NCBI GenBank assembly: GCA_964628355.1
Contig: CAZVNB010000014.1
Coordinates: 1-63,624, forward strand
Reading direction: 5' to 3'
DNA length: 63,624 bases
DNA from: an uncultured Planctomycetia bacterium
GTDB taxonomy: Bacteria; Omnitrophota; Gorgyraeia; 2-02-FULL-51-18
The first letter of the stretch is position 1. Every line of letters begins with the position of its first letter. Below the pieces are notes generated by a model, which was not told the origin of the DNA, did not search any database, and worked only from the letters and a program-made list of their open reading frames with translations. The position numbers and the translations under genes are program-made. Positions 28,038 to 37,594 of this stretch are shown here, one piece after another.

Positions 28038-29639
28038 ATGCCGTTGAGGCTTAAAATAGGTGTTTTTTTTCTGCTTTCGGCTTTCTTGGCGCAGGTCATC
28101 TTTTCCATGCGAGAGAAATCGCCGACCGTCGATGAGTTTGCCCATAATATTGCGAGCGGGTATTCTCATCTAATGACGCGTAATTTCAAGATGATCCCAG
28201 GCTCTCCGCCGCTACCCCGGCTTTTGTCCGCGATCCCGCTTTATTTTCTCAAAGCAAGGCTTCCTTTGGATCACATTTCATGGCAGCAAAATAATAGTCC
28301 TGAATTTGCCACACAATTTTTTCATCATTACAACCAAAACATGGACGAAATGGTTTTTTGGGCAAGGATACCCATCGCGATTTTGTCTGTTTTGTTGGGT
28401 TTGTGCGTTTTTATGTGGTCAAAAACCTTGTTTGGCGCTATCGGAGCGTTCACGAGCCTTGTTCTTTATTGTTTTTGTCCCGATATTATTGCCCATTCCG
28501 GTTTATCCACGGCCGATTTATCCGTGACCCTGTTTTTTTTTCTCACCCTCGCGTATTTTTGGAGTTATTTAAAAAAGCCGAGCTGCAAACACTTGGTTTT
28601 AACGGGGGTCGTGACGGGGCTCGCATTTCTTTCCAAATTTTCAGCCGTTTTAATTTTTCCTACCTTATTGATCATTGCATTTGTCTCAAAAAAAACAAAA
28701 GAAATATCGTTGTTGAAGATTTTTTCTTTTCTCGTCGTATGTTTTTTTACGGTGTGGGCAGGTTATTTCTTTGAATTAAAACCGCTGCTTAAAGACACGC
28801 CTGATCCTGCAAAAAAAGCTGCCCTGATCGAAAAATTGGGAGGAAAACAAGCTTTATCCTTCGCGGAAAGCACACCCATTCCGCTAGCCACGTTTGGCGT
28901 TGCATTTACGAGCATGATGTTTACTAGAGCCCAAGGAACCAACGCCTATTTGATGGGCGAATGGTCAAGGCATGGCTGGTGGTATTATTATCTCGTGGCT
29001 TTTTTGATCAAAAATTCGATACCCTTCGTCCTTTTTTCAGTATTGGCGCTGGTTTTTTTTAAAAAATTAGGATTGGATAAATTGACCACCGCTATTTTTT
29101 ATGTGCCAATCGCCGTTTTTTTTGTGGTTACGCTGAATGATAAGGCGCAAGCAGGGATACGTTATTTTTTACCAATTTACCCGTTGCTTTTCGTACTTGC
29201 AGGGGGTGTTGTTATGTATTTTTTCAAGAAGGGAAAGATTTTTAAATGGCTCATGATCTTTCTTTTGGCATGGCATGCTGCCGAAGCGTTTTTTATATAT
29301 CCTGATTATTTGGCGTATTTTAATGAATGGGTTGGTGGCCCAAAGAACGGGTATAAGTATTTGCGTGATTCCAATATCGATTGGGGGCAGGATTTGAAGG
29401 GATTAGGAGCCTATGTTAAAAAAGAGGGCTTCAAAGAAGTGGCGTTGTATTATTATGGCCCGGTCGATCCCGGTTATTATGGAATTCATTATCGGGTTTT
29501 GAGCCCATCCGAATTTAAAGTGCCCCAAAAAACTGTTTACGCGGTCAGCGTTCATCACCTGGATACGCTGGAGTGGACTGCCCACACTTTGCCGACCCAA
29601 AGAATCGGGTATTCAATGTATGTTTATGATCTCCGATAA
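28038..29639 (+). CDS. GT-C membrane glycosyltransferase (ArnT/PMT, GT39-like)
   Basis: SPTVDEFAHNIASGY, SPPLPRLL, STADL, SKFSA, YLRDSNIDWGQDL. Confidence 0.82.
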   Translation: MPLRLKIGVFFLLSAFLAQVIFSMREKSPTVDEFAHNIASGYSHLMTRNFKMIPGSPPLPRLLSAIPLYFLKARLPLDHISWQQNNSPEFATQFFHHYNQNMDEMVFWARIPIAILSVLLGLCVFMWSKTLFGAIGAFTSLVLYCFCPDIIAHSGLSTADLSVTLFFFLTLAYFWSYLKKPSCKHLVLTGVVTGLAFLSKFSAVLIFPTLLIIAFVSKKTKEISLLKIFSFLVVCFFTVWAGYFFELKPLLKDTPDPAKKAALIEKLGGKQALSFAESTPIPLATFGVAFTSMMFTRAQGTNAYLMGEWSRHGWWYYYLVAFLIKNSIPFVLFSVLALVFFKKLGLDKLTTAIFYVPIAVFFVVTLNDKAQAGIRYFLPIYPLLFVLAGGVVMYFFKKGKIFKWLMIFLLAWHAAEAFFIYPDYLAYFNEWVGGPKNGYKYLRDSNIDWGQDLKGLGAYVKKEGFKEVALYYYGPVDPGYYGIHYRVLSPSEFKVPQKTVYAVSVHHLDTLEWTAHTLPTQRIGYSMYVYDLR

Positions 29640-30963
29640 TACACCTCCTTGCGGGCAGACTTATTTTTATGTCGCGTTGGCCTTAGTTTTTTTACCACGG
29701 GTCTTTTTAATGCCAGTCACGATGCATAGCGATCTACTTTTTATTCATTACTTCCCTTATTTTTTGAGCTACAAGGGAGTATGGGATATTTATGGATACT
29801 TCGGCGATCATTATTTGTCGCAAGGATTCACTTATTATCCGCCGTTGCTTTATTACATCGTGGGCTTTTTTCAATGGGTGTTTCACTGGGTCAATCCGGG
29901 TTTTGATGAATTTATCAACCAGGCGCTTCAAAACGGCCCTGATCTTGTAGCTCGAGAGCATTCAACCTCTTTTACCACCAGCCGAATATTTCAATATGTT
30001 TTTTTTATGAAGCTGCCGTATCTATTCGCGGATTTGGGCTGCCTATGGGCGATCGGGCAAATTTACTCGGAGAAACAAACAAAAGCAGGGATGCGCTGGC
30101 TTTGGAACCCGGTACTTTTATTTTCCGTTTATATCTTCGGACAATACCGAATTTTTTCCGCATTTTTTACCTGGCTGGTTTTATTTGCTGTTTCAAAGAA
30201 CAAGAAAATACTGGCTTGTTTAGGCTTTGGGGCATTATGTCTTTTGGAAAATTACCCCGTTTATTTATTTCTGCCAAGCCTTCTGATTCTGGGCGATGAC
30301 TGGCGTGAGAGGTTCAAGCTTTTTTTCTGGATGATTTTACCCGTCGCAATGCTGTTGATACCATTGGCCATTGCTTCCAAAGGCTATGTATTTTATGCTT
30401 ATTTTTCCCCGCTTATTGTGAAGACCGCGGCACAGGGAATTTTCAGGCATTATCCTCAAGTCACCGGAGTTGTCGGAAAGACGATGCTGGCCGGTTTTTA
30501 TTTATTTACGCTGTTTGATTTATTGAAAAAAAATAGAAATGGCGCCAAAATAAATTTCCATAGCCGTTTCCTGTTGTTTATTTATGTGAATAGCACGCTA
30601 CTTTTGGTATTGTATGCGGTGTCAACAACGATGATTCATTATTTCATGTGGATCTTGCCTTTGTTTGTTGCGCTTCATATTGAGGGCCAGCCATGGAAGG
30701 CGTGGTGCACATGGGTGTTGATCGTGTTTTTGTTTTTATTTAATTTGGATTCGCGGGCACTTAATTTGGGGCTCTTAAGGCCTTTAGGCGAGGATTATTT
30801 TTTGTCTTTACCGAGTTTACATGAATGGATGAGTCGCATGGGAGTGCCTTGGGGGATTGTTGTAGGGCTCAGCCGCCTAGGTTTTTCTGCGCTGTGCCTT
30901 TATTTTACGGCCAGTATTTATATTTGGAGAATCAGGCCTCTGCATAGGGCCAATTCTCGTTAA
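29620..30963 (+). CDS. Probable GT-C membrane glycosyltransferase (GT87/PIG-M-like)
   Basis: HSDL, YYPPLLYY, KLPYLFADL, WLWNP; about 10 TM stretches. Confidence 0.6.
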   Translation: MFMISDNTPPCGQTYFYVALALVFLPRVFLMPVTMHSDLLFIHYFPYFLSYKGVWDIYGYFGDHYLSQGFTYYPPLLYYIVGFFQWVFHWVNPGFDEFINQALQNGPDLVAREHSTSFTTSRIFQYVFFMKLPYLFADLGCLWAIGQIYSEKQTKAGMRWLWNPVLLFSVYIFGQYRIFSAFFTWLVLFAVSKNKKILACLGFGALCLLENYPVYLFLPSLLILGDDWRERFKLFFWMILPVAMLLIPLAIASKGYVFYAYFSPLIVKTAAQGIFRHYPQVTGVVGKTMLAGFYLFTLFDLLKKNRNGAKINFHSRFLLFIYVNSTLLLVLYAVSTTMIHYFMWILPLFVALHIEGQPWKAWCTWVLIVFLFLFNLDSRALNLGLLRPLGEDYFLSLPSLHEWMSRMGVPWGIVVGLSRLGFSALCLYFTASIYIWRIRPLHRANSR

Positions 30964-30985
30964 AGAAAGGCAGTGGTTTTACTCG

Positions 30986-32005
30986 ATGACGGAAAAACCT
31001 TTTTTAGCGGTTTGTGGTGCCGGGTATTGGGGTAAAAACTTAGTCAGACATTTTCATGAACTCGGTGTGCTCAAGGGATTGTGTGATAAAAATCCGGAGA
31101 CTCTCAAAGAGTATTCTAGGCTCTATCCTGATTTTAAAATCACGGATTCTTTTGAAGAAATTCTCGGAGATCCGTCTTTTGTGGCTATTGCGATCGCGGT
31201 CCCCACGAGGCACCACTACGAATTTGCAAAAAAAGCGCTGTTGGCGGGCAAGCATGTGTTTGTCGAGAAACCCATTGCATTGGAAGTGGCGCATGCAAGA
31301 GAGCTTTGTTCGATCGCGAGAAAAAAGAAATTAAAATTGATGGTAGGGCATTTACTTTTATACCATCCTGCGGTGCGAAAACTAAAAGAGATCATTCATA
31401 CCAAAGAATTGGGCGAGGTTTATTATTTGTATACCCAACGCTTGAATCTTGGCCAAGTGAGAAAGGACGAAAATGCGCTTTGGAGTTTAGCGCCTCATGA
31501 TGTCTCGGTCATTCTCGAACTTTTTCCAAAAAAACCAATCTCGGTCAGCGCTTATGGCTATAGTTATATCCAAACGCAAAAAGGGATTGAAGACGTTATT
31601 TTCATGAATTTTAAGTTCGCCGACGGCAAGGCGGCGCACATTCATCTGAGTTGGCTTGATCCTCATAAAGTACGCCGCATCACGCTGGTAGGCAGTAAAA
31701 AAATGGTGGTATTTGATGACATGCAGCAGACGGACAAGATAAAAATTTTTGATAAAGGCGTCGAGCATTCTTCCGTCGAAGAGGATTCGAGGCTTGCAAG
31801 TTCGATGGTATTGCGTGTCGGCGAAGTGCATGTGCCGTACATTAGCAATATCGAACCGTTGCGCGCGGAATGTTTGCACTTTATTGAGTGCATTGAAAAA
31901 AACAAAGAGCCCCGTTCGAATGGCAAAAATGGACTCGAGGTGCTCAAAATTTTACATGCCGCATCGCGTTCACTGACGTTGGGCGGAAAAAACGTCAGGC
32001 TATGA
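30986..32005 (+). CDS. Gfo/Idh/MocA oxidoreductase (WbpB-like sugar 3-dehydrogenase)
   Basis: GAGYWGKNL, VFVEKP, MVGHLLLYHP, WSLAPHD, SWLDPHK. Confidence 0.88.
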   Translation: MTEKPFLAVCGAGYWGKNLVRHFHELGVLKGLCDKNPETLKEYSRLYPDFKITDSFEEILGDPSFVAIAIAVPTRHHYEFAKKALLAGKHVFVEKPIALEVAHARELCSIARKKKLKLMVGHLLLYHPAVRKLKEIIHTKELGEVYYLYTQRLNLGQVRKDENALWSLAPHDVSVILELFPKKPISVSAYGYSYIQTQKGIEDVIFMNFKFADGKAAHIHLSWLDPHKVRRITLVGSKKMVVFDDMQQTDKIKIFDKGVEHSSVEEDSRLASSMVLRVGEVHVPYISNIEPLRAECLHFIECIEKNKEPRSNGKNGLEVLKILHAASRSLTLGGKNVRL

Positions 32006-33105
32006 AACGTTTTAAAATCGCCGCAGTGATCGGTGCCAGGCCTCAATTTATCAAAGCTGCGGCGATCGTCCGCGCTTATAAAGTCCCCATTTTCAAAAAT
32101 AAACTCGATATTTTTTGGATTCACACCGGCCAGCATTACGATCACCGTTTATCGAATATTTTTTTTAAAGAGCTCTTGATTCCCAAGCCCAAATATCATT
32201 TAGGCGTCGGTTCTTTGCCGCAAGGCGCCCAAACGGGACTTATGATGCAAAAAATCGAATCCGTATTGATCAAGGAAAGTCCGGATGCCGTGCTTGTTTT
32301 TGGGGACACCAATTCGACATTGGCGGGCGCTTTGGCCGCGGCCAAATTGTGCGTCCCCGTTTTTCATGTGGAAGCGGGGTTAAGAAGCTTCAATTGGGCC
32401 ATGCCCGAGGAAATAAACCGCGTGGTGACGGACCGCATCTCCTCACTTCTTTTTTGCCCGACAACCGATTCGTTGAGCCAGCTAAAGCGCGAAGGGCTTG
32501 GACAGCGGGCTCATGTGGTTGGGGATGTGATGGCGGATATTTTATATTTTTACAAAACTAAACTCAGTTCATTGATGGAAAAAAAACCTTATTATTTAGC
32601 GACAATTCATCGCAGCACCAATACCGATGACCAAAAAAGACTTGAAAGTATTTTAAAAGCGCTTACGGATCTTAGGCATCGCATTATTTTTCCATTGCAT
32701 CCCAGGACCCGAAATAAAATTAAGAGCAGCCCTGTCTTGACGCGATTGTTGCGGACGTCACTTCGGATAAAAATCATAGACCCTGTGTCCTATCTTGAAA
32801 TGTTAAATCTCGAGAAGCATGCGGACGGGATCATTACGGATTCTGGCGGTGTCCAGAAAGAGGCGTGGATATGGGGGATACCCTGCGTGACATTGCGTCG
32901 GGAAACAGAGTGGCGAGAGACAGTTCAACGTGGCTTAAATACGCTTTGTGAGCCTGACGCCACGCGGATCAAGCGCGCATTTCAAAAAATGAAGTCAAAT
33001 AAGAGTGGCCGTAAGAGCGTCTTATATGGAAGCGGGAATGCTTCAAGCCAAATTCTAAAGATCATGATTCAGTATTTATCAAAATACCATCGGAAGAAAA
33101 TATGA
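32002..33105 (+). CDS. Non-hydrolysing UDP-sugar 2-epimerase (WbpI/WecB-like)
   Basis: GARPQFIK, HTGQHYD, FGDTNSTLA, HVEAGLRS, PEEINR, DSGGVQKEA. Confidence 0.92.
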   Translation: MKRFKIAAVIGARPQFIKAAAIVRAYKVPIFKNKLDIFWIHTGQHYDHRLSNIFFKELLIPKPKYHLGVGSLPQGAQTGLMMQKIESVLIKESPDAVLVFGDTNSTLAGALAAAKLCVPVFHVEAGLRSFNWAMPEEINRVVTDRISSLLFCPTTDSLSQLKREGLGQRAHVVGDVMADILYFYKTKLSSLMEKKPYYLATIHRSTNTDDQKRLESILKALTDLRHRIIFPLHPRTRNKIKSSPVLTRLLRTSLRIKIIDPVSYLEMLNLEKHADGIITDSGGVQKEAWIWGIPCVTLRRETEWRETVQRGLNTLCEPDATRIKRAFQKMKSNKSGRKSVLYGSGNASSQILKIMIQYLSKYHRKKI

Positions 33106-34079
33106 AGAGAAGAAGAATTCTGATCACTGGCGTTTGCGGCATGATCGGCTCGCATCTTTTGGACAAGCTTCTTAAAAACGGAGAAAACGTGGTCGGCGTG
33201 GACAATCTCTCTTTTGGAAGGATGGAGAATATCCGCGCCCATATCGGAAATTCCAATTTCAAGTTTCAGAAGATGGATATTTGCAATACTCGTGCGTTCC
33301 AGCGTGTCGCAGGAAAACCTCATACCATTTTTCATTTGGCCGCTGTTAAGAAGATCGGTGAAAAAGACGCATCGTTGGCGACGTTGATGGGGAGTGCCGT
33401 TGCCATGGAATCGGTGCTTCGGGTCGCTAAAGATTGCGGTGCAAAAATCATTGTGGGGTCCACCTCGGATGTGTACGGAGTTTCAGAGGCTCTGCCGTTT
33501 AGGGAAGACGGGGATTCAGTGATCGGTCCTTCCACGGCCAAGCGTTGGGCGTACGCGGTGTCAAAGCTTTTTTGCGAGCATCTGGCGATGAGTTATCACA
33601 AGGATTTTGGCGTGCCCGTCGTGATTTTGAGGTATTTTGGCGCGTTTAGCGAACGCTCAAGCGTTTCTTGGAGCGGAGGGCATATCCCTATTTTTATAGA
33701 TGCGATCTTGAAAGGAAAGCCAGTCATAATCCATGGCGACGGCAAACAAACGCGCTCGATGGCTTATGTTTCGGATGTGGTTTGCGGAACGATCCTGGCG
33801 ATGGAGTCCTCGAAGGCTATTGGAGAGATCATTAATATCGGCAACGACGAGGAAGTCAGCGTGCTTCAGTCGGCAAAGATGATTCATAAGCTTTCCGGCG
33901 TCAAGACGGAGTTGCGTGTGAAGTTCGTGCCGATTAAAAAAGTATTTGGTACGTATAAAGAAATCCAGCGAAGAGTTCCTTCGCTCAAAAAAGCAAAAAT
34001 GTTGCTCGGTTATTCGCCGCAAGTGACCCTTCAAGAGGCATTGCTCAAAGTGATTGACTGCCGAAAACGCGTTTTATGA
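33102..34079 (+). CDS. NAD-dependent epimerase / UDP-glucuronate decarboxylase-like SDR
   Basis: GVCGMIG, STSDVYG, RWAYAVSK, GDGKQTRS. Confidence 0.88.
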   Translation: MKRRRILITGVCGMIGSHLLDKLLKNGENVVGVDNLSFGRMENIRAHIGNSNFKFQKMDICNTRAFQRVAGKPHTIFHLAAVKKIGEKDASLATLMGSAVAMESVLRVAKDCGAKIIVGSTSDVYGVSEALPFREDGDSVIGPSTAKRWAYAVSKLFCEHLAMSYHKDFGVPVVILRYFGAFSERSSVSWSGGHIPIFIDAILKGKPVIIHGDGKQTRSMAYVSDVVCGTILAMESSKAIGEIINIGNDEEVSVLQSAKMIHKLSGVKTELRVKFVPIKKVFGTYKEIQRRVPSLKKAKMLLGYSPQVTLQEALLKVIDCRKRVL

Positions 34080-34813
34080 TCATTTTTGTTGTTCCCGCCT
34101 ACAATGAGGAACAGAATATAGGCTCTCTGATCGAAGAAACTCATGCCTATGCCCAGCGCGAAGCGCTTGATTATCATTTGATCGTTGTAGATGATGGCAG
34201 TACGGACAAGACGGCGGAAATAGTTTATGAAAGAAGTCGGGGCTTGCCTTGCACGTTAGTCAATTATCAACCCAATTGCGGCGTGGGCGAGGCATTTCGT
34301 CAAGGGCTTAAAAAGGCGCTCAGCCTTTCCAAGGCAAAGGATATTATTGTTACCAAAGAGGCGGACCGAACCAGTGACTTGAGCATTTTGAAGGCGTTGA
34401 TCTCAAAAATCCAATCCGGCGCCGACGTGGCGCTGGCTTCCTGCTATGCCAAGGATGGCGCGGTGACCGGGACGAGCTGGGATCGCAGGTTTTTAAGCCG
34501 GTGTGCAAATATTCTGATCTATTCGGTGTTTCATATCCAAGGAATTCATACCTACAGTTCTTTTTATCGCGCTTACCGGCCGTCCGCGCTTCAGGCTGTT
34601 TGGGAGCGGTACGGCGATTTTTATGAAGAAACAGGTTTTGTGTGTGTGGTGGAGCTTTTGGTGAGGCTTTCCAGGCTTTCCATGAAAATTGTCGAGGTGC
34701 CGATGATATTGCAGGCAAATCGTCGAGTGGGCCAAAGCAAAATGAAAATCGGAAAAACGATTTTAGGCTATCTCAGGGTGATCGGCCGCAATGCCGCCTT
34801 CCGTCAATTATAA
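34076..34813 (+). CDS. GT2 glycosyltransferase, polyprenol-phosphate sugar synthase-like
   Basis: VPAYNEE, DDGSTD, EADRTSD. Confidence 0.86.
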   Translation: MIIFVVPAYNEEQNIGSLIEETHAYAQREALDYHLIVVDDGSTDKTAEIVYERSRGLPCTLVNYQPNCGVGEAFRQGLKKALSLSKAKDIIVTKEADRTSDLSILKALISKIQSGADVALASCYAKDGAVTGTSWDRRFLSRCANILIYSVFHIQGIHTYSSFYRAYRPSALQAVWERYGDFYEETGFVCVVELLVRLSRLSMKIVEVPMILQANRRVGQSKMKIGKTILGYLRVIGRNAAFRQL

Positions 34814-36284
34814 AAAAGCTGCCATAGGTGTTTTTTTTCTCGCGTTTCTCGTCAGGACGATTTATCTGAACATTCCCCTGATTGAGCCCTACAACAACAT
34901 CACCCGCCAGACGGTGGTAGGCATGGTCGCGCGGAATTTTTATCAGCACGGATTTAACTTTTTTTATCCGGAGCTTGATGACAATGGCGCGGGACCGTAT
35001 CTTTTTAATGCGGAGATGCCGGTTTATTCATATCTGATGGCGATCGGTTATTGGCTGGTGGGTGGAGTCAAAGAATGGGCCGCACGGCTTGTCTCGGTCA
35101 TTTTTTCCATGGGAATGCTGTGGATTCTTTATCGTTTTGTCCGGCGTCTTCACGGGGAACAGATGGCGTTTTTTACACTCTTAATAGCGGCTTTTTGTCC
35201 ATTGAATGTGGCGCTCAGTCGTTCCATTCAACCGGAGGCCACAATGCTTTTTGCGTCCGTTGGCGCGATTTATGCTTTTTATCTTTATCAAGAAACGGGC
35301 CGGTTACGTTATTATTGGACGTCCGCGGTTTTTATGGCACTGGCCTTGGCTGTCAAAGCTTACACCGTGTATCTTTTTTTGCCGCTGGCGCTCTGGGTCT
35401 GGAAAAAACAACGCGCGCGAATATTCACAGACTATCGGAATTATTTTTACCTTCTTTTTTCCTGTTTGCCGCTGGCGTGGTATGTTTCAATGTGGTTTGC
35501 CGGCAAGCACCAAGCCCTTGCTTACTCGACTATTTCCTACATTCATGGCAGAGGGGAGGATTATTCTAATATTCGGGACATCTTCTCGTTTTCTTATCTT
35601 TACAAAACGTCCAAGATTTTTGTTTTACATATTCTGACACCTGCCGGCGCGTTATTTTTTATAATGGGTTTTTTTGAGCGTAAAAAAGAAGAAACGGATT
35701 TTTTATTTCGCGCGTGGTTTTTTTCCATCGCGCTGTTCCTTCTAATTTTTTGGCGGACGGCTGTCGAACATTCGTATTATCAGCTTCCACTCGTGCCCGC
35801 CGTTTCGTTTTATATCGCAAAAGGTATCGTGCGGGCACTGGAGAATCTATCTTTACGCCGCGTAATTTGTCACCCATTTTTTTTGACGGCAATCGGGGCA
35901 GTTACGCTTGTAACGCTTTTTCATTTTTATCAGCGTCTCTACTTTATTCCGAAAGAATTGCACGTGATCGTGGAGGCTGGTAAGGCGCTGGACCGCATCG
36001 CACCCAAACAAAGTTTAGTGATTGGAAGTTATGAAAGCAGTCCCGCGCAATTATACTACTGCAACCGCAAAGGCTGGGCGTTTGATATGCGCCAAAGAAC
36101 TGATGATGAGCTGATCGGTCGTTTTGAGGCGTTGCACGCTAAAGGTGCATCTTATTTCGTGATCTCTAATCTTAAAGAAATTTTTTTAGCGCAAGGTTTT
36201 TATCGATATCTCAAAGACCACTACCCTATTTCCGAAGAAACACCGCGATACCTTATTTTCAAACTCTCTGCCCAGACTTCCTAA
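34791..36284 (+). CDS. GT-C membrane glycosyltransferase (ArnT/GT39-like)
   Basis: RQTVVGMVARNF, EMPVY, SRSIQPE, LAVKAY, LYYCNRKGW. Confidence 0.82.
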   Translation: MPPSVNYKKAAIGVFFLAFLVRTIYLNIPLIEPYNNITRQTVVGMVARNFYQHGFNFFYPELDDNGAGPYLFNAEMPVYSYLMAIGYWLVGGVKEWAARLVSVIFSMGMLWILYRFVRRLHGEQMAFFTLLIAAFCPLNVALSRSIQPEATMLFASVGAIYAFYLYQETGRLRYYWTSAVFMALALAVKAYTVYLFLPLALWVWKKQRARIFTDYRNYFYLLFSCLPLAWYVSMWFAGKHQALAYSTISYIHGRGEDYSNIRDIFSFSYLYKTSKIFVLHILTPAGALFFIMGFFERKKEETDFLFRAWFFSIALFLLIFWRTAVEHSYYQLPLVPAVSFYIAKGIVRALENLSLRRVICHPFFLTAIGAVTLVTLFHFYQRLYFIPKELHVIVEAGKALDRIAPKQSLVIGSYESSPAQLYYCNRKGWAFDMRQRTDDELIGRFEALHAKGASYFVISNLKEIFLAQGFYRYLKDHYPISEETPRYLIFKLSAQTS

Positions 36285-36295
36285 AAGATAAAATT

Positions 36296-36345
36296 TGAGT
36301 ACTAATGACATCTAATAATATCTATTGACATCCAGTGAAAATATC
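36296..36345 (+). repeat. Five degenerate 10-bp tandem direct repeats overlapping the -35 of the HTH/pseB promoter
   Basis: TGAGTACTAA / TGACATCTAA / TAATATCTAT / TGACATCCAG / TGAAAATATC at an exact 10-bp period. Confidence 0.6.
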
Positions 36346-36353
36346 ATTACCTT
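36325..36353 (+). promoter_or_regulatory. Sigma70 promoter of the HTH-pseB glycan operon
   Basis: Consensus TTGACA, 17-bp spacer, TACCTT; SD-like GAGG before ATG 36371. Confidence 0.65.
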
Positions 36354-36370
36354 GAATATTTGAGGAAGTT

Positions 36371-36625
36371 ATGGAAATTAAAGAAAATGAAGTTTATACA
36401 CACGAAGAAACCCAAGCACTGCTGAAAGTCAGCGCGAGTACGGTCACGCGCATGATTAAAAAAGGGTTGATCCGGACTGCAAAAGTGGGCAAACAGTACC
36501 GCATTATGGGTAAAGAACTTCTGAGGATATTGTCGCCGGAGCTTGAGGATAAGGTGGGAAAGGTCTACAACAAGGCTCGGAATTGGGCGCATGCCGACGT
36601 TGACGATAAGCGGGGGGTTCAATGA
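36371..36625 (+). CDS. Excisionase/MerR-like (HTH_17, BldC-like) DNA-binding protein
   Basis: YTHEETQALLKVSASTVTRMIKKGLIRTAKVGKQYRI winged-HTH pattern; stop overlaps pseB (ATGA). Confidence 0.88.
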   Translation: MEIKENEVYTHEETQALLKVSASTVTRMIKKGLIRTAKVGKQYRIMGKELLRILSPELEDKVGKVYNKARNWAHADVDDKRGVQ

Positions 36626-37590
36626 GCATCCACGGAAAAAATATTTTGATTACGGGCGGAACCGGATCGTTCGGAAAAAAATTTGTGGAAATCGCGCTGA
36701 AAGAAAGTCCTCCGAAACGCCTTGTGGTTTTTAGTCGTGATGAGTTTAAGCAACACCAAATGCAGCAACAGTTCGATCACCCTTGCATGCGTTATTTCAT
36801 CGGCGATGTTCGCGATGCCGAAAGGCTCCGCCGTGCGATGTATGACATTGATTATGTAATTCATGCGGCGGCACTGAAGCAGGTTCCGGCGATAGAATAC
36901 AATCCATTTGAAGCGGTCAAAACGAATATTATTGGTGCTGAAAACGTGATCAACGCGGCGATCGATTGTGGAGTTAAAAAGGTGATCGCGCTCAGCTCCG
37001 ACAAAGCGGTAAACCCCATCAACATGTACGGCGCGACCAAACTTTGCGCCGATAAGATGTTCATTTCCGGCAATAGCTATGCGGGCGCTTCAAACACATC
37101 TTTCAGCGTGGTGCGGTACGGCAATGTTATCGGATCTCGGGGGAGTGTGGTGGAAGTTTTTAATCATTTGAAATCCACGGGAGTCGTACCAGTAACGGAT
37201 AAACGAATGACAAGATTTTGGATTACGCTTGAGCAGGGAGTAAAGTTTGTTCTGGAAAATCTTGAAGAGATGCAGGGCGGTGAAATTTTTGTGCCCAAGA
37301 TTCCGAGCATGAAAATCATGGACCTTGTGGCGGCAATTGCTCCGAACTGCAAAGTGAAAACCATTGGTATCCGGCCAGGCGAAAAACTGCATGAAGTTCT
37401 TTTGACCGAAGACGATGCAGCTCACGCGTTGGAATTTAAAACAAAATTTATTGTTCAGCCTGAGTTTTTACCTGAAAAGAAAAAAGTTTGGAAAGACGTG
37501 AAAACTGTACGGCCTTTTTTCAGATATTCTAGCGATACCAATACCCAGTGGCTTAGCGTCCCGGAACTCAAGAAATTGATTCATCATTGA
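36622..37590 (+). CDS. pseB: UDP-N-acetylglucosamine 4,6-dehydratase (inverting)
   Basis: TGGTGSFGK, RDEFKQ, HAAALKQVPAIEYNPFE, STDK-like SSDKA, YGATK, RYGNVIGSRGSV, IGIRPGEKLHE. Confidence 0.92.
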   Translation: MSIHGKNILITGGTGSFGKKFVEIALKESPPKRLVVFSRDEFKQHQMQQQFDHPCMRYFIGDVRDAERLRRAMYDIDYVIHAAALKQVPAIEYNPFEAVKTNIIGAENVINAAIDCGVKKVIALSSDKAVNPINMYGATKLCADKMFISGNSYAGASNTSFSVVRYGNVIGSRGSVVEVFNHLKSTGVVPVTDKRMTRFWITLEQGVKFVLENLEEMQGGEIFVPKIPSMKIMDLVAAIAPNCKVKTIGIRPGEKLHEVLLTEDDAAHALEFKTKFIVQPEFLPEKKKVWKDVKTVRPFFRYSSDTNTQWLSVPELKKLIHH

Positions 37591-37594
37591 CGGA

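Noticed and set aside
28006-28047. 13-aa upstream ORF (MKILKYLFIRRCR) overlapping the start of the 28038 gene
   Set aside because: Too short, no SD, and expected by chance in AT-rich intergenic DNA.
33102-36284. Arn (L-Ara4N lipid A modification) operon
   Set aside because: The SDR-GT2-GT-C order resembles arnA/C/T, but there is no formyltransferase domain, ArnD, ArnE/F or adjacent ArnB.
36371-36625. Prophage or integrative element implied by the excisionase-like gene
   Set aside because: No integrase, tRNA/att site or phage genes nearby; the gene is coupled to pseB.
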